A stretch of DNA of 64,000 nucleotides. Origin: Flectonema sp. DT1601 (lineage: Eukaryota). Below are positions 1 to 10,718 of this stretch, piece by piece; the first letter of the stretch is position 1, and each line of letters begins with the position of its first letter. Location of the stretch: contig OZ025792.1 in the NCBI GenBank assembly GCA_964019425.1, forward strand, positions 620,001-684,000. The letters are read 5' to 3'. The notes under the pieces were generated by a model. The model was not told the DNA's origin. It saw only the letters and a program-made list of their open reading frames with translations, and searched no databases. The translations under genes and the position numbers were made by a program.

Positions 1-623
1 GAACACAGCAGTGAAAATCTCAGAGGAGTACATGAACTCTCTTAGGCTCGAGTTCAGGGAGCTTGTGAAGAACGAATGGGTGCGGTGGAATAAGCGTAGC
101 TATGAAACAGAAATGACTTTCGTATCTGATGCAAGTACAAAAGCCTGGGCATTTGTAGTGGGAAACTCTTATCGGAGAGGACGCTTCCCGCGCGATATAG
201 TGAACATGGGGATTTTCGAAAAGGAATTTTTCGCAGTAGTCAAGGCCATTGAATATGTAGTGACAGAGTTAAAACTGCAGAGTTGCAGGGTGACGGGACA
301 TGTAGACAACAAGGGAGTTATCGGTTCGTTGCACCGTGGCTATTCTCTACAACAAAATGTACAACCCATGTTACGGACTATTCATCGACTGTTGGACAGG
401 TCTAGTTCAGTTCTGCACGTCGAGTACGTGGCGAGCGAGGACAATATTGCTGACAAGCACACTAGACTGGAAGATGAAGCATACTAAGAAATGATACACA
501 AGAAGAACGAACACCGCATCGCATCGGTTTATTATCTCATAAAAGACCGTTATTCTCCCAACTTTGATAGATACCATATCAAACTAGACACGACGGCCAC
601 GAACAATCCACTGGAAAGGGGTC
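1..623 (+). mobile_element. 3' end of a tyrosine-recombinase-type (DIRS/VIPER/TATE-like) retrotransposon
   Basis: The RNase H ORF ends at 487. About 135 bp later the sequence joins abruptly into the middle of a dispersed 165-bp repeat (...GGAAAGGGGTC|CGGTTTCGTGCAC). The element runs off the left edge of the window. Confidence 0.7.
11..487 (+). CDS. C-terminal RNase H domain of a DIRS-group reverse transcriptase (5' partial)
   Basis: Motifs FVSDAS..AW, IFEKEFFAV, HVDNKGV and EYVASEDNIADKHTR match the D-E-D-D layout of DIRS1-type RNase H. Confidence 0.85.
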   Translation: MKISEEYMNSLRLEFRELVKNEWVRWNKRSYETEMTFVSDASTKAWAFVVGNSYRRGRFPRDIVNMGIFEKEFFAVVKAIEYVVTELKLQSCRVTGHVDNKGVIGSLHRGYSLQQNVQPMLRTIHRLLDRSSSVLHVEYVASEDNIADKHTRLEDEAY

Positions 624-865
624 CGGTTTCGTGCACAAACAAAAAATCACAGTGTTATATCATTATTTTCTGTATAGTTGAAGTTAAAGCCAATTCTTTT
701 TTGCATTTAACAAGTATTGTAAGAACGAAAAAGAATGTTGGCAGCACACGTAAACCTCCTTTAGCTTTATCAGTTTAAGTCGGTTCACGGTTTCGTGCAC
801 AAACAAAAAATCACAGTGTTATATCATTATTTTCTGTATAGTTGAAGTTAAAGCCAATTCTTTTT
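624..865 (+). repeat. ~165-bp dispersed repeat, 1.5 tandem copies
   Basis: 624-702 is repeated at 788-865. The unit GCATTTAACAAGTATTGTAAGAACG... recurs at 57717-57822 and, diverged, at 53138-53308. Confidence 0.9.
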
Positions 866-1070
866 ATTTATTTATTTGTGTGTTCTTAGCCTCTTTATGG
901 AAATCCTTCCATTTTCCCTTCCCCCCAGTCTTAACGTAGGGGAGTCTACCAGGTGCCTACCCTGGACGCCCTTCGGGCGCGGGATTTGAACTAATTGCGT
1001 GTACGGGCGCGATGGGTTATTGCAGTGGCAGGGGGTCGAACCAGCGATCACCCAGCCCCTGGGATATCGC
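866..1070 (-). mobile_element. candidate tRNA-derived SINE
   Basis: GC-rich island. The minus strand has B-box-like GGTTCGACCCC and AGTTCAAATCC, several hairpins and an (AAAT)n tail. No A box or second copy is visible. Confidence 0.4.
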
Positions 1071-1119
1071 AACTTTTTATTATTATTACTTTTCTGCAAT
1101 TTTTATTTATAAATAAGTT

Positions 1120-1183
1120 TTCGAAAAGGTGGGAAGTAACGGACTGGGAGCTTTTGGCTCCTGCCCTATTCCCGATGTAAACT

Positions 1184-1217
<34 letters not shown>

Positions 1218-1395
1218 GGCCCAAAGGGCGACAATGAAAGATGCTGACCAAGGAATAATATTCAAATGAATTTTCGTTTCAAAGAAACAAACAGGATTAA
1301 GGGAGAGGCAGAAAAAAAAAAAAAAATAATATGAAGAGGAAATAATCAAACATGAAAAAAAAAAATAAAATAAAAATAAATAAATAAACGTTATA
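1120..1395 (+). repeat. ~400-bp module (truncated, diverged copy)
   Basis: GTGGGAAGTAACGGACTGGGAGCTTTTGGCTCC... is shared with copies at 9851, 12651, 14336 and 17228. Confidence 0.9.
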
Positions 1396-2286
1396 TATAA
1401 GCAATTTCTTTTTTTTTTCGCAATTTTTTATTTATTTATTACTTTTCTGTCCCAACGGGACGACAAATGAAAAATGTCCTCCCTTAGCTGAAAATGCACA
1501 CTGCACCCTGTTTTATCAAGTCCTTTGTCTTTGTTTTTCTGAAAGATATCTGTAGTTGTTGTTATATTAATATGCTAGCACGAAAACGACGGCTAGGTTT
1601 ATGATGATTGGATATGTGGCTTAGGTTATCTGTTTGTTACATTTGGAAGTATTTTACAACAGGTTTATCGAACCTGTATCTGCAATGTGTGCGACCCTGG
1701 GATGGGAATATAGGAATTTAGTTATATTAATAAGGTTATCGTTCATTATTTCCAATAAAATAGAAATGTGGGAAGAACTATGGGATGGCGGAACGCAGCC
1801 CCCCCCCCCAACCCCCCCCAAGGGGGGGGAGCCACTAATAAAGGCCAACCTCCTGAAAAAGAATCAAGAAAAAACAAAAATGCCCTCACCCAGGGTCGAA
1901 CTGGACGGTTTACAGCCATTTTGGGTTTTGTAAAGAATGGTTAGTTCTGAAACTATTTGTGTAGGAAAGACCCTTTACCCAAAAAGAAATGAAATCAAAG
2001 ATTGCTTTTTCACAGCTTGGCACCTAAAACCCAAAACTCATTAAGAAGGAAAAGATTATTTCAAAAAGAAAATTTTTGCTAACTAAATTGGCAGCCATAC
2101 ACCTAAATTTCAAAACCATACCACTTACTAACAAAATTTCTTTCTCATCACTTTTATATTTTAAGAAAACGGTTAACAGGAATTTATGAAGACTTTTGGA
2201 TAGATCAACTCTTTTTTAGACCTGCTCGGGCACAAAAATCCAGTATTTTTCCTTAGGCAAAAATAAATCTTACTTACTTCCTACTG

Positions 2287-3070
2287 GCAGCTTAAATTTG
2301 TTTGCAGGAAAAAAGTAAGCAGCTAAAATTTGCTTGCGGGAAGAAAATAAGCAGCTAAAATTTGCTTGCGGGAAGAAAATCAGCAGCTAAAATTTGCTTG
2401 CGGGAAGAAAATAAGCAGCTAAAATTTGCTTGCGGGAAGAAAATTAGCAGCTAAAATTTGCTTGCGGGAAGAAAATTAGCAGCTAAAATTTGCTTGCGGG
2501 AAGAAAATAAGCAGCTAAAATTTGCTTGCGGGAAGAAAATTAGCAGCTAAAATTTGCTTGCGGGAAGAAAATAAGCAGCTAAAATTTGCTTGCGGGAAGA
2601 AAATTAGCAGCTAAAATTTGCTTGCGGGAAGAAAATAAGCAGCTAAAATTTGCTTGCGGGAAGAAAATTAGCAGCTAAAATTTGCTTGCGGGAAGAAAAT
2701 AAGCAGCTAAAATTTGCTTGCGGGAAGAAAATTAGCAGCTAAAATTTGCTTGCGGGAAGAAAATCAGCAGCTAAAATTTGCTTGCGGGAAGAAAATTAGC
2801 AGCTAAAATTTGCTTGCGGGAAGAAAATAAGCAGCTAAAATTTGCTTGCGGGAAGGAAATTAGCAGCTAAAATTTGCTTGCGGGAAGAAAATCAGCAGCT
2901 AAAATTTGCTTGCGGGAAGAAAATAAGCAGCTAAAATTTGCTTGCGGGAAGAAAATAAGCAGCTAAAACCTGCTTGCGGGAAGAGAATCAGCAGCTAAAA
3001 TTTGCTTGCGGGAAGAAAATTAGCAGCTAAAATTTGCCTGCAAGAAGAAAATTAGCAGCCAAAATTTGCC
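2287..3070. repeat. 32-bp minisatellite, about 24 units
   Basis: Unit AGCAGCTAAAATTTGCTTGCGGGAAGAAAAT(A/T/C), head to tail with no spacers. Confidence 0.97.
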
Positions 3071-3221
3071 CAGGGGTGCTACATAAGCATTGGTTGCAGA
3101 AAGGTGGCAAAAATGAAAGGAATTATTTATTAAAACCCAAATTGTCTAAACCATAACAAAAAGACAGCTTGGCACCAAAACTCTAAAACCTATTCTCCTC
3201 AGGGATTTGTGAAGCCTTTTC

Positions 3222-4000
3222 GAGATCGATAGGCCAAGGGATAACCATAAAAAAGGTGTAACCATGATTTTCTTGGAGGTGAGTGGCACAAAAAGCAGTA
3301 AAAAAAAAAAAAAAAAAATCCCGTGACAAAGGCAAATAACTGCAAAAGCAGCAATTCTCTTTCCGCAAACGCCCCCCCCCGTGGGTCATCAGGTCATTTG
3401 GTAGTGCCAACCTGCAACAGGTTAACATGCAACACTCTACCTTTCTTCCCGTAATGCGTGACACCATTCAACACTTACGTAGCACTTCACTTAGCACCAG
3501 GCCTGCTTGCGGGAAGAAACAGAAGCCTCATTCCCAGTACGGAAGTAGCTAGGCCTGGCGCTTACATAGCACTTCTGGGCGACCTAATATTATTCCTGCA
3601 ATGCGTGACACTATTACGTAGCACTTAGCACCAGGCCTGCCAGCAGGAAGAAACAGAAGGCCCATACCCAGTAGCACTTAGCACCAGGCCTGCTATCAGG
3701 AAGAAACAGAAGCCTCATTCCCAGTACGGAACTGAAGACTTTTCGGGGCCGATAGATAGAGAGATAACCATAAAAAAAGATTTACTCATGTTTTTTTGGA
3801 AGTGAGTGGCGCAAAAAGTGGGAAAAAAAAAAAAAAATTCCGTGACAAAGGCAAATTTCCTTCTGCAAACGCCCGCCGTGGATCATTAGACTGTCATTTA
3901 GTAGCGCCGACTTGCCACAGGTCAATATGCAACGCTACTTTTCTTTCCGTAATGCGTGGCACCAGTCAACACTTATGTTGCACTTAGAACCAGACCTTCT
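3222..4000. repeat. diverged direct duplication (period about 520 bp) with internal sub-repeats
   Basis: GATAACCATAAAAAA...CCGTGACAAAGGCAAAT...GTAATGCGTG at 3240-3500 recurs at 3764-3990. AGCACCAGGCCTGC..GGAAGAAACAGAAG occurs three times in between. Confidence 0.8.
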
Positions 4001-5720
4001 TGCTGGAATGCAAAGAAGAATTAGTGTGTAATTAGGTGAGGCCTGGCTTGGGTACCTGGCCCAGGACTTGGTGGATTTCCTCAGAACCCAAAATATCCCC
4101 AATGCTGACAATTATATAGGAGATAGGAGATACCAAGTCACTTGAGATACCTCCTTGTAAATTAATTCCCGGTATTTCAAATTTGAATTGATAGTGTCAA
4201 CTCTGCTTACTGCTCTCGTTTATGTGTTGTCTCCTGAAGTGATCTTAACTCCTATAAAAAGAAAAAAAAAAAAAAGAAATCAAAAAAGAAGAATTTTCAA
4301 ACGAAGTTATAACAACCCCTACCACCCATTATGATCAATTCCGCTTGTTTTTTTTTTTTTTTTTTTTTAAAAACAAATAAAAAAAATAAAAAAATTATAA
4401 AAGATTAAACAATGTTATCATTGTTTTTTTATCGATCGACTATGTCGATTACTTTCTATTTTCCGTCCTGGTCAAGACGCTAAACTGATTGTTTTTTTTT
4501 TTTTTTCAAAATTAATAAAAAAGAATATAAAAAAAAAAAATAAAAAAAGAATAAACAATGTTATCATTGTTTTTTTATCGTTCGACTTTGTCGACCAATT
4601 TCTATTTTCCGTTTTTCTTAAAAAATAAATAAAAAGAATTTAAAAAAAAAAAAAAAAAAAGAATAAACAATGTTATCATTGTTTTTTTATCGATCGACTA
4701 TGTCGATTACTTTCTATTTTCCGTCCTGGTCAAGACGCTAAACTGATTGTTTTTTTTTTTTTTTCAAAATTAATAAAAAAGAATATAAAAAAAAAAAATA
4801 AAAAAAAGAATAAACAATGTTATCATTGTTTTTTTATCGTTCGACTTTGTCGACTAATTTTTATTTTCCGTTTTTTTCCCTTAAAAAATAAATAAAAAGA
4901 ATTTAAAAAAAAAAAATAAAAAAAAGAATAAACAATGTTATCATTGTTTTTTTATCGTTCGACTTTGTCGACTAATTTTTATTTTCCGTTTTTTTCCCTT
5001 AAAAAATAAATAAAAAGAATTTAAAAAAAAAAAAAAAAAAAAAGAATAAACAATGTTATCATTGTTTTTTTTATCGATCGACTTTGTCGACTAATTTCTA
5101 TTTTCCGTCCTGGTCAAGACGCTAAACTGATTGTTTTTTCTAAATAAATAAAAAGAATAAAAAAAAAAAAAAAAAAAAAAGATTAAACAATGTTATCATT
5201 GTTTTTTTTTATCGATCGACTATGTCGATTACTTTCTATTTTCCGTCCTGGTCAGGACGCTAAACTGATTGTTTTTTCTTTAAAAAATAAATAAAAAGAA
5301 TAAAAAAAAAAAAAAAAAAAAAAAAAGAATAAACAATGTTATCATTGTTTTGTTATCGATCGACTATGTCGATCACTTTCTATTTCCCGTCCTGGTCAGG
5401 ACGCTAAACTGATTGTTTTTTTTTTTTTTTTTCAAAATTAATAAAAAAGAATATAAAAAAAAAAAATAAAAAAAAGAATAAACAATGTTATCATTGTTTT
5501 TTTATCGTTCGACTTTGTCGACTAATTTTTATTTTCCGTTTTTTTCCCTTAAAAAATAAATAAAAAGAATTTAAAAAAAAAAAAAAAAAAAAAAAAAGAA
5601 TAAACAATGTTATCATTGTTTTTTTTATCGATCGACTTTGTCGACTAATTTCTATTTTCCGTCCTGGTCAAGACGCTAAACTGATTGTTTTTTCTTTAAA
5701 AAATAAATAAAAAGAATAAA

Positions 5721-5751
<31 letters not shown>

Positions 5752-6399
5752 AATGTTATCATTGTTTTTTTATCGATCGACTATGTCGATCACTTTCTAT
5801 TTCCCGTCCTGGTCAGGACGCTAAACTGATTGTTTTTTCTTTAAAAATAAATAAAAAGAATAAAAAAAAAAAAAAAAAAAAGGAATAAACAATGTTATCA
5901 TTGTTTTTATTTTATCGATCGACTATGTCGATTACTTTCTATTTTCCGTCCTGGTCAAGACGCTAAACTGATTGTTTTTTCTTTAAAAAATAATAAGAAG
6001 GATTTAAAAAAAAAAAACAAAAAAAAAAAAGAATAAACAATGTTATCATTGTTTTTTTATCGATCGACTATGTCGATCACTTTCTATTTTTCGTCCTGGT
6101 CAAGACGCTAAACTGATTGTTTTTTCTTTAAAAAATAATAAGAAGGATTTAAAAAAAAAAAACAAAAAAAAAAAAGAATAAACAATGTTATCATTGTTTT
6201 TTTATCGATCGACTATGTCGATCACTTTCTATTTTCCGTCCTGGTCAAGACGCAAAACTGATTGTTTTTTTTCAAAATTAATAAAAAAGAATACAAAAAA
6301 AAATAAAAAAAAAAGAATAAACAATGTTATCATTGTTTTTTTTTTATCGTTCGACTTTGTTGACTAATTTCTATTTTCCGTTTTTTTTTTTCTTTTTAA

Positions 6400-8136
6400 C
6401 CCATTAAGGACGGGGGGTCCACTACAGTGGTTATTTTGAAATTTTATTTTCGCTAAGGGGAAAACCCGGCTAACGCTACCCAGGGGGGGTGTAATCGAGG
6501 CCGTTTCGCGACGAATCTTGGGTGGGATGGCGTGGTTCGCTGTGTTTTCATTCATGAAATTCAAAACTAATAATCGAAATTTTACCACCTAACAAGAAGT
6601 TTCGTGTGCCTGTTGAAATTGATACAAGTTCGGCGTCCTATGAAAGTCTGATGATGATGGATTCTGTATCGGAGTCGTCATCTGACAGCAACACAGCAAA
6701 GGTATCAAAGTGGGGGGGCAAAACCAAGAGAATCTCCAGGGAAAAACGGAAAGGACCTACCCAGAGTGTGAGCGACTTTAATGAAATGAGCGAATTGAAG
6801 GCATCCAACTCATTTTCACTGATCATGTGCTTAAAATGATATTTCGACACACTCTTGCCTACCCGATTGACAAAGAGACGTCCATGAAGTCACTAGAAGT
6901 TGGTGAACTGAAATGCTTTCTCCGTAATTTCCACACTGCTAACAAACACATTCCTGCTTCTTATGTTCATAGTCTTGTTAAACCCCATAATAATAAAGGG
7001 CATTGGGTGACGTTTGACAATTTCAATTCGTCATACGCATTTCTTGTTTTGATGTTAGCGAAAGGGTTCCACTGTGTTGGAACAGCCTGATGGAACGGAA
7101 AGGGAGTTCTGTTGATGTTACAAAACCGAAGGCTACCCCTGGACCGGGACGACTAAGCAAATCGGAAGTGAAAGAAAGACCGAAGAATCTTTCTGCTTCT
7201 TACCTTCAGTCAAGCACGGCATCCACCATATAAAGTGGAGAGACTCAAAGGATGTGCATCTTTTCAGTACTCTTCCCTTACGTGAGCACTGTGTCGATGT
7301 ATATCGCTGGATTAGGAAGAGAAATAAAAAAGAAAAAGTGCCGATCAAACTACCGTGCAAGTAGATAGGTACACCAAAACGATGGGAGGTGTTAACCTGA
7401 TGGATAGCGTGAAGGGAAGGGCGAACAGAAACCTTCAAACTAAACGATGGCATCTAAAGGTTTTCGACTACTTGCTGAAAGTTTCAATGTTCAACACGTT
7501 TACCCTTCAAAAGAAATGCGGTAAGGATACTGGTACCTACATACGGTATGTAGAGGAGCTCGCTATGCAACTCGTCAGTGACGGGACGTCGAGAGACAAG
7601 ACAACCAATACTACATCTACTATTGACTCGGGTTCGCACTTTTCACACATGTTCAGCACCACTGAGCACTATCCATCAATATTTGGCGCTGCTAAACAAT
7701 GTAAGTATCACAATACTCGAGTGAGGACTACTTATGGATGCCAGGGGTGTAAGGTTTTTATGTGTCCTGCACCCTGTTTTGGCAAATACCACTTAAATCT
7801 TACAAAGGGGTGAACATTTGCGTCCCATACCACCACCTCTGTGTCGGGAGGTGCTATCCGGGAAGAATGTACGAAGGGGAAGACCCCTGCACTCACAACA
7901 ACATCAAAATTGAAGAGGCGCAGGGAGTCATAAGAACTGAGCTTATTTTTGTCTTTGGTGGTGTTTTCATTTGTTCTGTTCACCCTTTAGGTGGTGAATG
8001 TGTGTGTATTTTTAACGGGCAGGCAATGGCGGTTCACTTTGTCACATCACCTTTCCGAGCCCCCCTACCCCTTTTCCCCGTTAGCTCTTTTTTCAAAAAA
8101 GTCAAAAAACCGGGTTTTACCCCCGTCCGTAATGGG
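6400..8136 (+). mobile_element. piggyBac-family DNA transposon, non-autonomous/decayed
   Basis: TTAA TSD at 6396-6399 and 8137-8140. 17-bp TIRs CCCATTA(A/C)GGACGGGGG. Transposase remnants lie inside. Confidence 0.95.
6827..7813 (+). pseudogene. piggyBac transposase remnant
   Basis: GHWVTFDNFNSS...GFHCVGT, KWRDSKDVHLFST, YTKTMGGVNLMD, KRWHLKVF and the C-terminal Cys-rich CKYH...CQGC...CPAPCFGKYH. Disrupted by a stop at 7088-7090, frameshifts and a GGVD to GGVN change. Confidence 0.9.
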
Positions 8137-9381
8137 TTAAAAAATAAATAAAAAGAATTTAAAATAAAAAAAAAGAATAAACAATGTTATCATTGTCTTT
8201 TTTTTATCGATCGACTATGTCGATTACTTTCTATTTTCCGTCCTGGTCAAGACGCTAAACTGATTGTTTTTTCTTTAAAAAAAAAAAAAAAAAGGATTTA
8301 AAAAAAAAAAAAAAAAGAATAAACAATGTTATCATTGTTTTTTTTTATCGATCGACTATGTCGATCACTTTCTATTTTCCGTCCTGGTCAAGACGCTAAA
8401 TTGATTGTTTTTTTTTTTTCAAAATTAATAAAAAAGAATATAAAAAAAAAATAAAAAAAAAAGAATAAACAATGTTATCATTGTTTTTTTTTTTATCGTT
8501 CGACTTTGTTGACTAATTTCTATTTTCCGTTTTTTTTTCTTTTTAAAAATAAATAAAAAGAATTTAAAAAAAAAAAAAAAAAAAGAGTAAACAATGTTAT
8601 CATTGTTTTTTTTATCGATCGACTATGTCGATTACTTTCTATTTTCCGTCCTGGTCAAGACGCTAAACTGATTGTTTTTTTTTCAAAATTATTAAAAAAG
8701 AATATAAAAAAAAACAAAAAAAAAAAGAATAAACAATGTTATCATTGTTTTTTTTTATATCGTTCGACTTTGTCGACTAATTTTTATTTTCCGTTTTTTT
8801 TCTTTAAAAATAATTAAAAAGAATTTAAAAAAAAAAAAAAAAAAAGAATAAACAATGTTATCATTGTTTTTTTATCGATCGACTATGTCGATCACTTTCT
8901 ATTTTCCGTCCTGGTCAAGACGCTAAACTGATTGTTTTTTCTTTAAAAAATAATAAGAAGGATTTAAAAAAAAAAAAAAAAAAAAAAAGAATAAACAATG
9001 TTATCATTGTTTTTTATCGATCGACTATGTCGATCACTTTCTATTTTCCGTCCTGGTCAAGACGCTAAACTGATTGTTTTTTCTTTAAAACAATAAAAAG
9101 GATTAAAAAAAAAAAAAAAAAAAAAAAGAATAAACAATGTTATCATTGTTTTTTTATCGATCGACTATGTCGATCACTTTCTATTTTCCGTCCTGGTCAA
9201 GACGCTAAACTGATTGTTTTTTCTTTAAAATAATAAAAAGGATTAAAAAAAAAAAAAAAAAAAAAAAGAATAAACAATGTTATCATTGTTTTTTATCGAT
9301 CGACTATGTCGATCACTTTCTATTTTCCGTCCTGGTCAAGACGCTAAACTGATTGTTTTTTCTTTAAAAAATAATTAAAAG

Positions 9382-9420
<39 letters not shown>

Positions 9421-9813
9421 ATAAACAATGCTATCATTGTTTTTTTATCGATCGACTATGTCGATCACTTTCAATTTTCCGTCCTGGTCAGGACGCTAAA
9501 CTGATTGTTTTTTCTTTAAAAATAAATAAAAAGAATAAAAAAAAAAAAAAAAAAAAAGGAATAAACAATGTTATCATTGTTTTTTTTTTATCGATCGACT
9601 ATGTCGATTACTTTCTATTTTCCGTCCTGGTCAAGACGCTAAACTGATTGTTTTTTCTTTAAAATAATTAAAAGGATTTAAAAAAAAAAAAAAAAAAAAA
9701 AAAAGAATAAACAATGTTATCATTGTTTTTTTTCTATCGATCGACTATGTCGATTAATTTCTATTTTCCGTCCTGATCGAGACGCTAAACTGATTGTTTC
9801 CTTTTTTTAAATA

Positions 9814-9850
<37 letters not shown>

Positions 9851-9854
<4 letters not shown>

Positions 9855-10236
9855 ATCTCCCTGCTATCCTCATATCCCCACAATAATATTATACCTTTTC
9901 ATTTTCTCTTTCCTTTTCTGGTCTTTTTTTTTCTTTTTTTTCCTTTTTCATACAACGTTTTTATTTATATTTTATTTTATTTTTTTTTTTTCATGTTTGA
10001 TTATTTCCTCTTCATATTTTTTTCTATTCTTTCTTTTTTTTTTTTTTTTCTCTACCTCTCTCTTAATTCTGTTCGTTTCTTTGAAACGAAAATTCATTTG
10101 AATATTATTCCTTGGTCAGCAACCATCATTGTCGCCCTTTGGGCCTGTTAAAAAAAATAAAAATAAAAAGAAAGTTTACATCGGGAATAGGGCAGGAGCC
10201 AAAAGCTCCCAGTCCGTTACTTCCCACCTTATCGAA
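9851..10236 (-). repeat. ~400-bp module, inverted partner of 12651-13062
   Basis: Near-identical reverse complement, starting GAGCATCTCCCTGCTATCC. Confidence 0.95.
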
Positions 10237-10490
10237 ATCCTTTTGGGAGTGGGTAGATGGGGGAAAACGTGACTTATAGTCCTTAAATTCTTTACTAAAC
10301 TTACAGTTACGTCTAAAATGCGCAACTGGACCTTTGAGGTATGTCTCAAAACATAAAGGACATTTGGCTACTAAAGTTTTATCCCCATCCAGAGCCGATC
10401 TCGAAATAGCCTCTTGTAAAGCCTCGGGGGCTGGGTTGGCTGAGAGATGGTTGCCAGTATCTTTATGACACCGCCGGCCCGGTGTTTCTT
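10126..10490 (-). CDS. small zinc-finger (C-x2-C-x10-H-x4-C) coding segment that reads into the 400-bp module
   Basis: AKCPLCFETYLKGPVAHFRRNC followed in frame by FDKVGSNGLGAFGSCPIPD. The start and exon structure are uncertain. Confidence 0.45.
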
Positions 10491-10718
10491 TTTTTTTTTG
10501 TTGTGAAGTAGCAATAATAAAAAAAAAAAAAAAATAGAAAAGAGAATGGCTCAGAAACAATATCGATGAGTTAAGATCTTTTTTTTTAAACTAATTCTTT
10601 TTTTTTTAATTTCGGGCAGCTAACCCTAGAGTTTTTTTTTGGTAAATACTGTTTAAAGGAAAACGAGCTACGCTCTAAAACAGAAAAATCGGAGTAACTA
10701 CTTGTTTATAATATATAT

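Larger units (their letters stand above)
4370..9850 (+). repeat. three-hairpin satellite array, left arm (interrupted by piggyBac)
   Basis: Units of ~100-135 bp: AAACAATGTTATCATTGTTT, ATCGACTATGTCGAT and CGTCCTGGTCAAGACGCTAAACTGATTG separated by A/T tracts. Long and short unit types occur. Confidence 0.97.

Noticed and set aside
1875..1950. Intact tRNA gene
   Set aside because: Only a T arm and 3' acceptor strand are present; no D arm or 5' strand could be folded.
2287..3070. CRISPR array (32-bp repeats)
   Set aside because: Units are head to tail with no spacers, there are no cas genes and the context is eukaryotic.
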